Source: Candidatus Saccharimonadota bacterium
GTDB lineage: Bacteria > Patescibacteriota > Saccharimonadia > Saccharimonadales > UBA4665
DNA length: 32,000 nt
Assembly: GCA_963718045.1 (NCBI GenBank)
Contig: OY970350.1
Location: forward strand, 630,001-662,000
Reading direction: 5' to 3'
Made by a program: the position numbers and the translations under genes. The notes below the pieces were generated by a model. It was not told the DNA's origin. It saw only the letters and a list, made by a program, of their open reading frames with translations, and made no database searches. Positions 31,385-32,000 of this stretch are shown piece after piece (within the stretch, counting starts at the first letter, position 1; the number at the start of each line of letters is the position of its first letter).

Positions 31385-32000
31385 ATGAAAATTGCTATTT
31401 TAGGTTATGGCAGCCAAGGTCAATCTGTCTATGAGTACTATAAAAATACAGATAACACTTTAACTGTTTGCGATAAAGACACAGCTACTGACCTGCCTGA
31501 AGGCGTTGACAGCCAGATCGGTGAAGCATACTTAGATGGACTGGATAAGTTTGATCTTATCTTCAGGGGTCCTGGTGTTCATCCGACTGAAATTGTAAAA
31601 GCCAATGGCAAGGCAATACTAGGTAAAGTAACCTCTAACACCAACGAGTTTTTAAGGCTCTGCCCTACAAAGAATGTTGTTGGCGTAACTGGCACAAAAG
31701 GAAAGGGAACTACTTCAACCTTAATCGCTAAAATGCTTGAAGAAAGCGGACTTAGAGTTCATCTTGGCGGCAATATTGGTACACCACCTCTCGATTTACT
31801 GGCTGAAGATATTAAAGAAGAGGACTGGGTAGTTCTAGAACTCGCTAATTACCAGTTAATTGATCTTAAATATTCAATCCATATTGCTGTTTGTTTAATG
31901 GTCGAGCCGGAACACTTAGATTGGCATGCTGATGAAAATGAATACTATGAGGCTAAGGCTAAGTTATTTGAATGTCAGACTAAGGATGATCTGGCCACAT
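31385..32000 (+). CDS. murD: Mur ligase, MurD-like (UDP-N-acetylmuramoyl-L-alanine--D-glutamate ligase), 5' part; the 3' end lies outside the window
   Basis: The frame is open from ATG 31385 to the window end. The N-terminal Rossmann-like ILGYGSQGQS, then RGPGVHP, then the Mur-ligase P-loop GVTGTKGKGTTS match MurD domain order. It is absent from the ORF track because no stop lies in the window. Confidence 0.6.
   Translation, partial: MKIAILGYGSQGQSVYEYYKNTDNTLTVCDKDTATDLPEGVDSQIGEAYLDGLDKFDLIFRGPGVHPTEIVKANGKAILGKVTSNTNEFLRLCPTKNVVGVTGTKGKGTTSTLIAKMLEESGLRVHLGGNIGTPPLDLLAEDIKEEDWVVLELANYQLIDLKYSIHIAVCLMVEPEHLDWHADENEYYEAKAKLFECQTKDDLAT

Overview
This is a 32-kb, very gene-dense bacterial window; my tally of intergenic gaps is under 2 kb. 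Most genes are on the minus strand. Contents from left to right:

1. A truncated YafQ/RelE-like toxin gene at the left edge. It converges on a six-gene, translationally coupled, monoderm-type type IV secretion (T4SS) cluster at 147-5157. The cluster encodes a VirB2-like pilin, a VirB6-like protein with a pilin-like N-terminus, a PrgI/VirB3-like protein, a 211-aa VirB4-N-like ORF, a VirB4 ATPase and a CHAP hydrolase.
2. A three-gene extracytoplasmic glycosylation module at 5355-8835: a flippase-like protein, a PMT-like GT-C and a GT2.
3. Housekeeping genes: a P-loop kinase, a VIT1/CCC1 transporter and a class-2-like PyrD.
4. A secretin-less type IV pilus operon at 11533-19131. It encodes PilB, PilC, four prepilin-type proteins (one a 591-aa prepilin fused to a propeller-like repeat domain), a PilX-like protein and a candidate major pilin.
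5. Several Ser/Thr-rich anchored or secreted surface proteins, one with an LPXTG-like LVNTG sorting signal and one with mucin-like Thr repeats, plus tRNA-Glu(UUC).
6. A multi-TM histidine kinase, a DUF2156/MprF-C-like protein, an uncharacterised 629-aa membrane protein co-transcribed with pyruvoyl arginine decarboxylase (pdaD), two tandem receiver-only response regulators and the 5' part of a MurD-like ligase gene.

I saw no CRISPR array, rRNA, transposase or integrase. The repertoire resembles a Patescibacteria/CPR (Saccharibacteria-like) episymbiont genome, but that is inference only.

Best follow-up candidates are the minimal T4SS with a duplicated pilin module and an apparently split VirB4, the prepilin-propeller fusion, the pdaD/629-aa/DUF2156 neighbourhood, and the glycosylation module considered together with the Thr-rich surface proteins.
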